Part shown: piece by piece, positions 1 to 8,970 of the stretch
How positions within the stretch are numbered: the first letter of the stretch is position 1
Layout: the number at the start of each line of letters is the position of its first letter
Assembly (NCBI GenBank): GCA_965195285.1
Contig: CBDAFS010000030.1
Location: 18,967-82,966, forward strand
Length of the DNA: 64,000 bases
From: an uncultured Aminicenantes bacterium
Lineage (GTDB): Bacteria; Acidobacteriota; Aminicenantia; UBA2199
Reading direction: 5' to 3'
Position numbers and translations under genes: made by a program
Notes under the pieces: model-generated
What the model was told of the DNA's origin: nothing
The model's database searches: none
The model's input: only the letters and a program-made list of their open reading frames with translations

Positions 1-826
1 TAATCCAAGATCTTGTTGCAGAAAGGTAGGCCAATAATAAGCAGATCGTTATTATCAAATAAAGATATATCTTACTGCCTTTATAATCTTTTTTTATACT
101 AAAAAATAGTGAAAATATATAACAGAAAAAAACCAACATTGGAGCAACTGTTAGTCTAATGAAATCATAATATCCTTCTGAAGCTGATAATTCTGCTAAC
201 GAGAATTCACTTACACCTGATAACCAGTTCCCAAATTTACTCCCTGTAAAAAGTTGGAACATCTGACTGAAGAAAAGAAAGAAAATGATCGGGAGAATTA
301 AATGAATAAATGTATATATTTCTTCCTTACGATACACTAGTAAAGGAAATGATATGAAAATTAGAAAAACAAAAAATATTTTTACATAATAATTTAAATT
401 TTTATAATCGATTCCAAAGCTGAAGGTCAACAACCATAAAAATAAAAAATAAAATAAAATAAATAATAAGGGATTTCTAAGTAATACTCTTGTACGCCTT
501 CCCTTAATTAAAGATTTAAAGAACGAAAATATGAAGAAAAAATGAAAAAAAGTAAAAGTTAATCCTGGTACTATAGTATAATTAGGTATACCTTTAATTC
601 CTCTTGAATATTCGCCATGAAAAAGAGCTCCGGGTTCATTTATTATTAGAAATACCAATGCAAACCAGAAATAATCTTTCTTGGATTTCCAAAACAAAAA
701 CAACAATACTAAAAAATATAAACGTGAGATCGTAACAGGTACAAAGTAAACAAAAAGAACCGAAGCAAAAAATATAAAATAAAATTCTAATAATTCATTT
801 TTAAAATGTCTATTTTCTAATTTCAT
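1..826 (-). CDS. O-antigen polymerase/ligase-like polytopic membrane protein (partial, runs off window)
   Basis: Not in the ORF track. Manual translation from ATG at 826 gives MKLENRHFKNELLEFYFIFF..., many hydrophobic segments and an S-x-T-R-S-W motif near the window edge, as in Wzy/WaaL. Lies in the polysaccharide locus. Confidence 0.55.
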   Translation of the reverse strand, partial: MKLENRHFKNELLEFYFIFFASVLFVYFVPVTISRLYFLVLLFLFWKSKKDYFWFALVFLIINEPGALFHGEYSRGIKGIPNYTIVPGLTFTFFHFFFIFSFFKSLIKGRRTRVLLRNPLLFILFYFLFLWLLTFSFGIDYKNLNYYVKIFFVFLIFISFPLLVYRKEEIYTFIHLILPIIFFLFFSQMFQLFTGSKFGNWLSGVSEFSLAELSASEGYYDFIRLTVAPMLVFFCYIFSLFFSIKKDYKGSKIYLYLIITICLLLAYLSATRSWI

Positions 827-944
827 TTAATAGTATGACTAAATTTACTAAAAAAAGTGAATTATTTGATTTCCTATATGCTTATAATAGTCTAGCTTAT
901 AAAGACCAAAAAAACTACTGTTTATTCATCTAAATTTGAAATCT

Positions 945-2084
945 TTAACATCCATAAAATTCTTTTATTTTATTGCAGATATAAACTACCTCATCCGGGG
1001 AGAGATCATAATAGAAAGGCAATCTGATCAGATGGGAACTGTAAAATTCACTCATGGGCAGATCCCGTTTATCATGTTTATTCTTAAAATAGGATGCTTT
1101 ATGTAAGGGAAGATAATGAAAAATGGCCCAAACTCCATTATCTTTTAAATAGGTTAATAAGTCACTCCATTCATTTTCATTTTTACAAAGAATGTAAAAT
1201 AAATGGGCATTATTGGTGGCGTAAGCATGGATATGAGGAAGTTTTATTGTTTTTTTATCCTCAAGAGCTTTCAGTTCTTCGTAATATTGTTTCCATATTT
1301 TTTTTCTTTTGGCCTGGATATCTTCGATATTTTCCAGCTGGGCATAGAGAAAAGCCGCTAAAATATCTGAGGGAAGATAGGAAGAACCGATATCCATCCA
1401 GCCGTATTTATCCACTTCGCCCCTGACAAAAGCGGCCCGGTTGGTCCCTTTTTCCCATAATATTTCGGCACGCTTTATGAATTTATCTTCATTAATGGCT
1501 AACATACCGCCTTCACCGGACATGATATTTTTGGTTTCGTGAAATGAAAAAGCACCCAGATGACCGATCGAACCCAGAGGTTTGCCTTTATGATAAGAAT
1601 CAATGGCTTGTGCAGCATCTTCAACCACGAAAATGTCATATTCATCGGCAATCTTCATGATTTTGTCCATGTCGCAGGCCACACCGGCATAATGGACCGG
1701 AACAATGGCCCTGGTTTTGGATGTTATGAGCGATTCTATTTTGTCTGCATCAATGTTGGGAGTGAGTCTTTCACTATCGGCAAATACAATTTTAGCACCT
1801 CTCAATATGAAGGCATTGGCAGTGGATGTAAACGTATATGAGGGAACAATCACTTCATCACCTGGTTGAATATCAATCAGAATGGCAGCCATTTCCAGGG
1901 CATCGGTACAGGAAGTGGTCAATAAAACTTTTTTAAAGCCATAGCGTTTTTCAAAGAACTCATGGCATTTCCTGGTAAACATCCCATTGCCGGAAATTTT
2001 GCCCGATTTTACCGCCTGTTTAATGTATTGGGTTTCCTTTCCTGTAAAATATGGTTTATTAAAAGGAATTTTTTCTATATGCAT
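945..2084 (-). CDS. rffA: dTDP-4-amino-4,6-dideoxygalactose transaminase (DegT/DnrJ family)
   Basis: IPFNKP start, LLTTSCTDALEMAA, SFHETKN PLP-lysine motif, EKGTNR..F.RG.VDKY.W typical of WecE/RffA. Confidence 0.9.
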   Translation of the reverse strand: MHIEKIPFNKPYFTGKETQYIKQAVKSGKISGNGMFTRKCHEFFEKRYGFKKVLLTTSCTDALEMAAILIDIQPGDEVIVPSYTFTSTANAFILRGAKIVFADSERLTPNIDADKIESLITSKTRAIVPVHYAGVACDMDKIMKIADEYDIFVVEDAAQAIDSYHKGKPLGSIGHLGAFSFHETKNIMSGEGGMLAINEDKFIKRAEILWEKGTNRAAFVRGEVDKYGWMDIGSSYLPSDILAAFLYAQLENIEDIQAKRKKIWKQYYEELKALEDKKTIKLPHIHAYATNNAHLFYILCKNENEWSDLLTYLKDNGVWAIFHYLPLHKASYFKNKHDKRDLPMSEFYSSHLIRLPFYYDLSPDEVVYICNKIKEFYGC

Positions 2085-2743
2085 TAAATTACTTTTTTAA
2101 GAAGTTGAGCTGGATTACCAATATAAATAGAGTAGTCTTCCACATTTTTTGTCACTACTGATCCTATGCCAACAATTGAATATTTTCCAATTCTTAAATC
2201 TTCACGGATTGTGGAATTCAACCCGACATGAGCACCCTCATCAATTGTAACTCTGCCTCCGATTACTGAATGAGCAGTAATAGTTGAAAAATCCTTTATA
2301 ATTGAGTCATGACCAATGAAGCCATTGGTATAAATATGAACAAAATTGCCGATAACTGAGCCGAAAGAGGTACATGCATGGGCACAAATTAAAGTTCCAT
2401 ATCCGATTTTTGTTGAAGGATCCAAGTAGGCACTAGGATGAATAGCAGATGCATTCGCTTCCATTGGAATCTCAATTTCATTGAATTTTTTTACTCTATG
2501 TTCCTTATCCTTTGCATTAAAGTGCAAAGCATAATGAATAAAATATCCTCTACAAACATAATCTTTTACTGCCTCACTTGGTCCGAGCACTTTAAATTTA
2601 CCTAAATCACCTCCAGGTTCAATAATGTCATTTAAAAAGCCTTCAATATCCCATTCGTTTGTAACCTTATTGGCTTCTTGAAATACTGACATGGCAATTT
2701 CACCGCTGCCATGCCCTCCAACAATTAACAAGCGCTTTTTCAT
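2084..2743 (-). CDS. Sugar N/O-acyltransferase, NeuD/PglD-like hexapeptide repeat family
   Basis: N-terminal IVGGHGSG, hexapeptide repeats, GHD motif, C-terminal GNPA. Confidence 0.8.
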   Translation of the reverse strand: MKKRLLIVGGHGSGEIAMSVFQEANKVTNEWDIEGFLNDIIEPGGDLGKFKVLGPSEAVKDYVCRGYFIHYALHFNAKDKEHRVKKFNEIEIPMEANASAIHPSAYLDPSTKIGYGTLICAHACTSFGSVIGNFVHIYTNGFIGHDSIIKDFSTITAHSVIGGRVTIDEGAHVGLNSTIREDLRIGKYSIVGIGSVVTKNVEDYSIYIGNPAQLLKKVI

Positions 2744-3675
2744 TTCAAAATTCTCCTTATTGAATACTGCTTGGCATTTGATGATTCTTTAAGCAACCTT
2801 GATATATATTCTCCAAGGACAAAAAAAATTATCAGAATCAAGGTGTTATAAAAAGATATCAATACAATCAAACTTGTCCAGCCGGTAGGTGCCTGTCCGG
2901 AAATAACTTTTCTGATTATAAATATTGTACCAATGAAAAAAGAAAAAAATGAAACTATTAATCCTATATAACCGAAAAACCGTAAGGGTATTGTCGAATG
3001 ATTTATCAGAAGGTTGAATGAAATTTTTAGCAATTTTTTAACTGTATAATTTGATTTTCCATATTTCCTTTTTTTATGCATCAGGGTAACATTCGAAATA
3101 TTCTTAGTTGTCCTTAAAAGCATTCCGGAAATATATGGAAAATTTGTTCTATCATCTTTGATCTGATCTATTATCTCTTTTTTTATGATACGAAAACTGG
3201 AAAATTTCATATTGTTTTTAGCATTAAATATTTTATGATTTAGCATTCTGATAACTGCGCTTCCAAAATTTTTATATAATTTATCCTGTTTATCAGCATA
3301 AGAACCAAATACTGCATCATAACCCTCATTAATCTTTTCAACCAATTTCGGAATTTCTTCCGGTGGATTTTGCAAATCATCATCTAGGGTAATCACATAA
3401 TTGCCATTACAATAATTAAAGCCACACATTAAAGCATTTTGCTGCCCAAAATTGGAGTAAAGGTCTATCAATGTTACATTTTCATGTTGATCATGGATTT
3501 CCTTCAATATGCTCAAGCTATCGTCTTTACTGCAATCGTTTACAAATATTATTTCAAATGTCTTGCTCATTTTGACAAAGATAGAGTTTATTCTTTCATA
3601 TAACTCCTTTAAGGATGGGGCGCTATTATAAACAGGAACCACAATCGAAAATTCTTTTGTTTCCATGTTCTTCAT
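2740..3675 (-). CDS. GT2 glycosyltransferase, ArnC/GtrB-like (polyprenol-phosphate glycosyltransferase)
   Basis: SIVVPVYN, VNDCSKD, NFGQQNA, LDDDLQNPPEEI, two C-terminal TM helices. Confidence 0.88.
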   Translation of the reverse strand: MKNMETKEFSIVVPVYNSAPSLKELYERINSIFVKMSKTFEIIFVNDCSKDDSLSILKEIHDQHENVTLIDLYSNFGQQNALMCGFNYCNGNYVITLDDDLQNPPEEIPKLVEKINEGYDAVFGSYADKQDKLYKNFGSAVIRMLNHKIFNAKNNMKFSSFRIIKKEIIDQIKDDRTNFPYISGMLLRTTKNISNVTLMHKKRKYGKSNYTVKKLLKISFNLLINHSTIPLRFFGYIGLIVSFFSFFIGTIFIIRKVISGQAPTGWTSLIVLISFYNTLILIIFFVLGEYISRLLKESSNAKQYSIRRILK

Positions 3676-3681
3676 CCGTTG

Positions 3682-4458
3682 TTAAAATCCAAAATTTTCA
3701 TTTACCAAAATCAAATGTATTCTATCTTTGAATGCTTCCATAGCGCCATCTATAATTACAGTATTCAGACATCCTCGCCTCTCTGATCTGCAATCTGTAC
3801 AGTATCCAAATTTTAAACATGGATTATCAAAACGATTATGATGTTTAAGATTATGTCTGATATAATTAAGAGGTGCTGCAATATTCCGATTTCTTTTAAT
3901 CGCCGCCTCTACATCTTCAACAATCTTGTTCTTACCGACTATAATAATTACTTTTTTAGGTCCGAATATCATGCCACTTACCCGGTTCCCTGTTCCATCT
4001 GTAGATACAATCTGTCCTTTCATTGTAATTGCATTGGCCCCGATTATGAATATATCGCTTCTTAAACTTTCTCTCATCTTATCAAACAGTTTTTCCATTA
4101 AAATATAATATTCTTCTTTCGGCAAATTCATTTTCCCTGGTGGGAGCGTCCCATATACTTCATATTTCCCATCTGGATAGCGTTTCATTGGATTAATAAT
4201 TTCTAATCCAGAAATTTTTTCTATAAGATTAAAAATATCTAATTGATGCAAGGTTACACTGTCAGCGAAACCAACTTTTGTAATCTCTTCTTTATTCTTA
4301 AATTTTTTTACAAACTCCAAAACCTTTTCTTGTGCTTTTGTTTTATTATTACAAGTATAAAAATTAATTCTTCTGGAAATGAACTTTTTCGCTAATGTAC
4401 TTGCTTGTGTGTTAAAGAAATCTAATAACTCATTACTTACATTGTTTTCATTAATCAT
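3682..4458 (-). CDS. LUD-domain (LutC/YkgG-like) protein
   Basis: GANAIT..G.IV..DG.GNRV...FGPKKVIIIVG.NKIV motif and C-terminal PC...G.C.DC....R.C cysteine cluster. Confidence 0.75.
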   Translation of the reverse strand: MINENNVSNELLDFFNTQASTLAKKFISRRINFYTCNNKTKAQEKVLEFVKKFKNKEEITKVGFADSVTLHQLDIFNLIEKISGLEIINPMKRYPDGKYEVYGTLPPGKMNLPKEEYYILMEKLFDKMRESLRSDIFIIGANAITMKGQIVSTDGTGNRVSGMIFGPKKVIIIVGKNKIVEDVEAAIKRNRNIAAPLNYIRHNLKHHNRFDNPCLKFGYCTDCRSERRGCLNTVIIDGAMEAFKDRIHLILVNENFGF

Positions 4459-4519
4459 TTTTCAATATCCTTTATGTTAAATGATACACCAATATAGAAA
4501 AACCCGCCAAATGCTCCAA

Positions 4520-4954
4520 CTAATATGAATGGGGGAAAAGACAATAGCGACAATAAGGTTGTTTGCTGTAAAGAAAAACCAAATGGAAGCAAAAAATTTG
4601 CAATTCACCTCCTGCTATACGACCAACCCCAGCTGATAATTGAATTGAAATTTTTGTTCCATAATCAGGAACTGATTCTGCAAGTTCATTTAACCATTTT
4701 ATATGTAATCTATCATCAACAAATAAATGACGTGTTCTGATTGTATTAGGAATTTGCTCAAATTCCCTTGTTGTTCTGGTAAACCCTACTCTAATAAGAC
4801 CTACACCACCTTTAGCTCTTTCCACAAAGTAGTCAATACCTCTTTGGGATAAACTGCCATCAGAATTGACTAAACCACCAATACCCATTGGAGCCATTGT
4901 AATACGGTTTTTTATTTTAAGATTCCCTATTTCCCCTGGTTCAAATAATTTCAT
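4520..4954 (-). pseudogene. Truncated old-yellow-enzyme / NADH:flavin oxidoreductase (N-terminal ~120 aa only)
   Basis: LFEP..IGNL.IKNRI.MAPM, YF.ERAKGGVGLI, K..IQL..G.GR, then similarity ends. Full-length members are over 350 aa. Confidence 0.75.
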
Positions 4955-5350
4955 AAAAAAATATCTCCAAAATATCTATTTTTAGATTTCTTCTAAGTAG
5001 ATTCAAAGGTATTCCACTTATAGTAGTTAATTCTTCAAGAACTGAATTTCTTGAATAAAGTTTCTGATTGCACATGAATTTTTTTTTGCTCCTCTTTTAT
5101 ATTTATTTCTGATATTACCTGATTAATCATCGTGATTTCCTATTTAGTATATTTATAAGAATACAGTTTAATTAAAACATCTTGTTTTTGAATTTTATTA
5201 AGCCTTTGTAATATATTCCAAAAATAAAGATGCACTAAAACTAACACAATATCCAATTTCATACAAAGATTATCAATCTATTATAAAAACTTCTTAATCA
5301 TTAGAAACGAAAACAGGAATAGCAATTCTAATCATAATACGACAATTATA

Positions 5351-6289
5351 TTAAAAAATGTTATCTTTTTTAATCTTCCTTGATATAAAAATCGCTGCTC
5401 CTATAATCCCATTCGCGACTAAAGTTAAATATGTTCCTAATGAGATAATTAACGACTCCTCTTTTGATAAACCAACAAACGAAAATAGGTATGCAAATGA
5501 AATTTCTCTAACCCCAACCCCTCCAAAACTAATAGGAACCATTGTAAAAAACCACACAAGAGGAACTAAAGTTAAAAAAGGCAAAATTGAAGTTTCAACA
5601 TTAATAATCTTGGCAACAAAAAAACTAATGTAAATAGAAATAATTTGGTAAATAATCGAAAGGGAAAAAACTTTATATATCACAATTTTCCTTAGTTGCA
5701 TAATATTAAATATATTACAAACTTTATTTAGAAAAATATTCTTTGTTTTAATCTGAATTTTTAAAAATAAAAAAAGTATGATTACAATCGAATATACCAA
5801 CATCATGGATGAGATTAGCAAAAAAAATTTTAAGGGTAAATCCCAAAAAAAAGAGCTGAAAAATGAAATAAAAATTAAGGCATAAAAACCTATTAAACGT
5901 TCCGTAAAAATCATTACACCCGATTCAGTTTTAGAAATTCCACATTTTGCTACCATCAAAAGACGAACGCCATCTCCACCTAAGGCTGTCGGAAGAAAGT
6001 TATTAAATAATGAAGCAATAAAATACTGCCCCATAATTTCAAAGATAGATATTTTTTTTTTTATAGCAACTAATGATTTAAATCGAATAGCGCCTAAATA
6101 ATTCCTGAAAACAGTTAATAAAAGCAATACAATTAAAGAAATAACACTTATATAAGATGCAAATTGTTGCAGTTCTCTAATATTTACTGACTTGAAAAAT
6201 AAGATTAAAATAATTGAACTTATTATAATCTTAATAATTATCCCGAATTTAGAATTATAAATATTTTTTAATATCCCTAACAAACGCAT
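5351..6289 (-). CDS. Lysylphosphatidylglycerol-synthase-TM (UPF0104) flippase-like membrane protein
   Basis: FNNFLPTALGGD and P.SFGGVGVRE motifs, multiple TM segments. Confidence 0.8.
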   Translation of the reverse strand: MRLLGILKNIYNSKFGIIIKIIISSIILILFFKSVNIRELQQFASYISVISLIVLLLLTVFRNYLGAIRFKSLVAIKKKISIFEIMGQYFIASLFNNFLPTALGGDGVRLLMVAKCGISKTESGVMIFTERLIGFYALIFISFFSSFFWDLPLKFFLLISSMMLVYSIVIILFLFLKIQIKTKNIFLNKVCNIFNIMQLRKIVIYKVFSLSIIYQIISIYISFFVAKIINVETSILPFLTLVPLVWFFTMVPISFGGVGVREISFAYLFSFVGLSKEESLIISLGTYLTLVANGIIGAAIFISRKIKKDNIF

Positions 6290-6301
6290 ATTATTATGTA
6301 A

Positions 6302-7186
6302 TTAATTTTTTCGTTGGATTAACTCGTGTTTCTTTAATATTTTCTTAGCAGTAATCACCATTGGAGGTCCGATAAATTTTCCATTAAGAACGGCAACACC
6401 TTTATCCATTTTTTCAGCTTCTTCAGAAAGGTGAAGCATCTCTTCTGCGTCTTTCACTTCTTTTTCTGTTGGGCTAAAATATTCATGCACAAGGGGTAGT
6501 TCTTTGGGGTGCAAAACCAGCATGCCTTCAAAACCAAGGTTTTTAGCAATTTTTAAATTTTTTTCCAAATCCTCTAAATTATGAACATATATGTGAACAG
6601 TATCTATTGGCACTACATTATTCGCCCGAGCAGCCATAGCAATCATTGCCCTTGGGACAAAAAGACTTTGCCCATTAGGGTCATGAATTCCTTCCAGATC
6701 AGCAATAAAATCTTCACATCCATAGGCAATAGCAACAATTCTTGTGGAAGCTTGACAAATTTCCTGAGCATTCATTACCGCTGCTGCCGTTTCAATCAAT
6801 GGAATTATTTTAAATTTACCAACAGGTAATCCTTTTTCATATTCGATTGTTTCAAGTAGTTTGTCAAAAAAGTAAACATCTTCACCTTTTTGAGATTTTG
6901 GATACATAAAGCCATGAATACCCTCAATAGTCAATTGATGAACATCCTTTAAAAGTTGTCCGCTTTCTCGATCATTCACTCTGGGAAATACAAGATGTTT
7001 ATTAAATGCTCCTGTTTTTACCCATTGTTCTATTTTATCTCGTGCAATTTGCTTATTTTTAACAGGTAATACTGAATCTTCTAAATCCAAAAGTAATATA
7101 TCGGTATTTGATTTTGAGGCACTTTTTAGCAACTTAGCGTTATGTCCCGGCACAAACATCAAACTTCTCATTAAATATTCCGACAT
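6302..7186 (-). CDS. CitE/malyl-CoA lyase family (HpcH/HpaI aldolase/citrate lyase)
   Basis: RSLMFVPG, LDLEDSV, PLIET, GCEDF, GF.G...HP motifs. Likely start is MSEYLMRS. Confidence 0.85.
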   Translation of the reverse strand: MSEYLMRSLMFVPGHNAKLLKSASKSNTDILLLDLEDSVLPVKNKQIARDKIEQWVKTGAFNKHLVFPRVNDRESGQLLKDVHQLTIEGIHGFMYPKSQKGEDVYFFDKLLETIEYEKGLPVGKFKIIPLIETAAAVMNAQEICQASTRIVAIAYGCEDFIADLEGIHDPNGQSLFVPRAMIAMAARANNVVPIDTVHIYVHNLEDLEKNLKIAKNLGFEGMLVLHPKELPLVHEYFSPTEKEVKDAEEMLHLSEEAEKMDKGVAVLNGKFIGPPMVITAKKILKKHELIQRKN

Positions 7187-7187
7187 T

Positions 7188-7661
7188 TTATGCTCCTCTT
7201 TTGGGTATAAGTACATGACGTCTAAGTGTTAAAACTTTATCATTTTTCTGATTATATGCTCTTGTTTCTACATAAACAATGCCACGATCAAGTTTGCTTT
7301 TTGATTCTCTTATAGACAGAATTTCTGTTTCTGTATAAATTGTATCACCTACAAATACAGGACCATCATGGGTTACTTTTTCATAATCTAAATTAGCAAT
7401 TGCCTTACCACTAATATCTCTAACAGTTAACCCAACAACAAGGCTGAAAACCAATGTACCGACAACAAGAATTTTTCCATATTGTTGACTTTTACAATAT
7501 TCTTTATCAAGGTGTAGTGGATGATGATTCATGGTTATTAATGAAAAAAGATTATTATCACTTTCAGTTATCGTTTTACCGGGCCAGTGTTTGTATAAAT
7601 CACCTACTTTGAATTCATCAAGATATTGCCCAAAGTTTTTTTTCATATCATTTATGTTCAT
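7188..7661 (-). CDS. MaoC-family dehydratase
   Basis: G.Y..EF.VG..Y.H.PG.TITE.DN..F...TMN.HPLH.D hot-dog motif, PVF.GDT. Confidence 0.88.
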   Translation of the reverse strand: MNINDMKKNFGQYLDEFKVGDLYKHWPGKTITESDNNLFSLITMNHHPLHLDKEYCKSQQYGKILVVGTLVFSLVVGLTVRDISGKAIANLDYEKVTHDGPVFVGDTIYTETEILSIRESKSKLDRGIVYVETRAYNQKNDKVLTLRRHVLIPKRGA

Positions 7662-7807
7662 CTATCCTCCAAGAATAGATATTAAAAAAATAATATTTTT
7701 TAAAATGTAATAACATTATCCCAAGGAATCAATAAAAAAATTAAGCAGTGGGTGTTCAACATAAAAAGATCCATAACAAATTGTATAATGACCACTGTTA
7801 AAGAAAA

Positions 7808-8221
7808 TCAGGATTTCATTTTTTTATTAATAAGTCTAATGTTTATTAAATGAAAAATAATAAAGGCAAAAAGAACTCCAATAATATTGAATATGGAATC
7901 TATTATATTAAATCGTCTACCGGGAATAATTTGATGATAAAACTCGATAAAAAAGGCAAAACCGATACCAATGATAAGAAATAAAATCAAGGACTGTAAA
8001 TTTTGTTTGGGTTTGTCGTTTATAATCCATAATAAAAATAATATCGACAGGATAAAAAATTCAAGAAAGTGGATGAGATAGTCGAGACGGATGGTAGTAC
8101 CTCCTGAAGTTTTGATCTTTGGAGTAGGAAGCTGGGGAAGAGAAGAAGCGATGAAGATGAGAATGAGCCAGGTGAAGAAGAGAAGTTTTGAGTTTTGTTT
8201 AATAAATTTGAGTAAGATCAT
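7808..8221 (-). CDS. VanZ-family membrane protein
   Basis: D..IHF.EF, E..Q..IPGR..S/N..D...N..G motifs. Start moved to MILLKF because the track's extension reads repeat DNA. Confidence 0.75.
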   Translation of the reverse strand: MILLKFIKQNSKLLFFTWLILIFIASSLPQLPTPKIKTSGGTTIRLDYLIHFLEFFILSILFLLWIINDKPKQNLQSLILFLIIGIGFAFFIEFYHQIIPGRRFNIIDSIFNIIGVLFAFIIFHLINIRLINKKMKS

Positions 8222-8227
8222 TTTATT

Positions 8228-8460
8228 AACATTGAATAATGAATATCGAATAACGAACACCGAATATCGAAGGAAAGAAATATCTTACAAACCTTGAAAT
8301 TTAAACATCGAACAAAGAATAATAAATGTTGAAGGAAAAGAATCATCTTGAAAACATTGAATAATGAATATCGAATAACGAACACCGAATGTTGAAGGGA
8401 AAAAACATATTATTCATAGTGAATCATGAATATCGAATATCGAATAGCGAAGTGAAAAGG
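8228..8460. repeat. Heptamer tandem-repeat arm (GAATATC/GAATAAC/GAACACC family), left arm of cassette 1
   Basis: gaataat gaatatc gaataac gaacacc gaatatc block occurs twice, plus a third degenerate block. Confidence 0.9.
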
Positions 8461-8461
8461 C

Positions 8462-8833
8462 TCATTTTATATTATCATGTGCTGTTTTTATACTGGAAAC
8501 AAAAATTGAAATCAGTTCATTGCATTCGAGTATAAGATCATCTACTTTATCGGAATGTTTAACAAGCGGTTTCCTTTTAATAATTTTCAGTGCAATGTAT
8601 GTTTCTCTCAATTCCTTGAGTGCGATTTTCATTTTATGGATAAAATCTTTTCCGGACTCTGCACTCTGGGCCTCACCATATATTAAAGCAGGAGCAGTTC
8701 CGGACCTGATTATTTGACCTCCGATATAATTTCCATTTCTTGTATTTGGCAACTGTTCAGCTAAACTTAATATATTAACAGAAAAAGAAATCAATCTTTC
8801 TTCCAAATCATATTTTTTTTTCTCATCAATCAT
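8462..8833 (-). CDS. Four helix bundle protein (TIGR02436 / 23S rRNA IVP / bAvd-like)
   Basis: DLEER...F, Q..RSGT.....Y.EAQ.AES..DF.HK..IALKEL.ET, E..EL..I. Confidence 0.9.
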   Translation of the reverse strand: MIDEKKKYDLEERLISFSVNILSLAEQLPNTRNGNYIGGQIIRSGTAPALIYGEAQSAESGKDFIHKMKIALKELRETYIALKIIKRKPLVKHSDKVDDLILECNELISIFVSSIKTAHDNIK

Positions 8834-8835
8834 GC

Positions 8836-8970
8836 TTCAAAATTCATTATTCAATTTTTATCTTTTTACATTTCGTCATTCATTATTCATCATTCGATAT
8901 TCGATATTCATTGGTTGATAATACTTCATCATTCCTTGTTCGACATTCGTTATTCGATATTCAAAACTTC
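8836..8970. repeat. Inverted heptamer arm (GATATTC/CATCATT family), right arm of cassette 1
   Basis: cattatt catcatt cgatatt cgatatt and cgacatt cgttatt cgatatt are the reverse complement of the left-arm units. Confidence 0.9.

Noticed and set aside
6052-6062. T11 tract (A11 on the coding strand) as a phase-variation switch
   Set aside because: The frame is intact and long A/T runs are common in this AT-rich block; read-level length variation would be needed.
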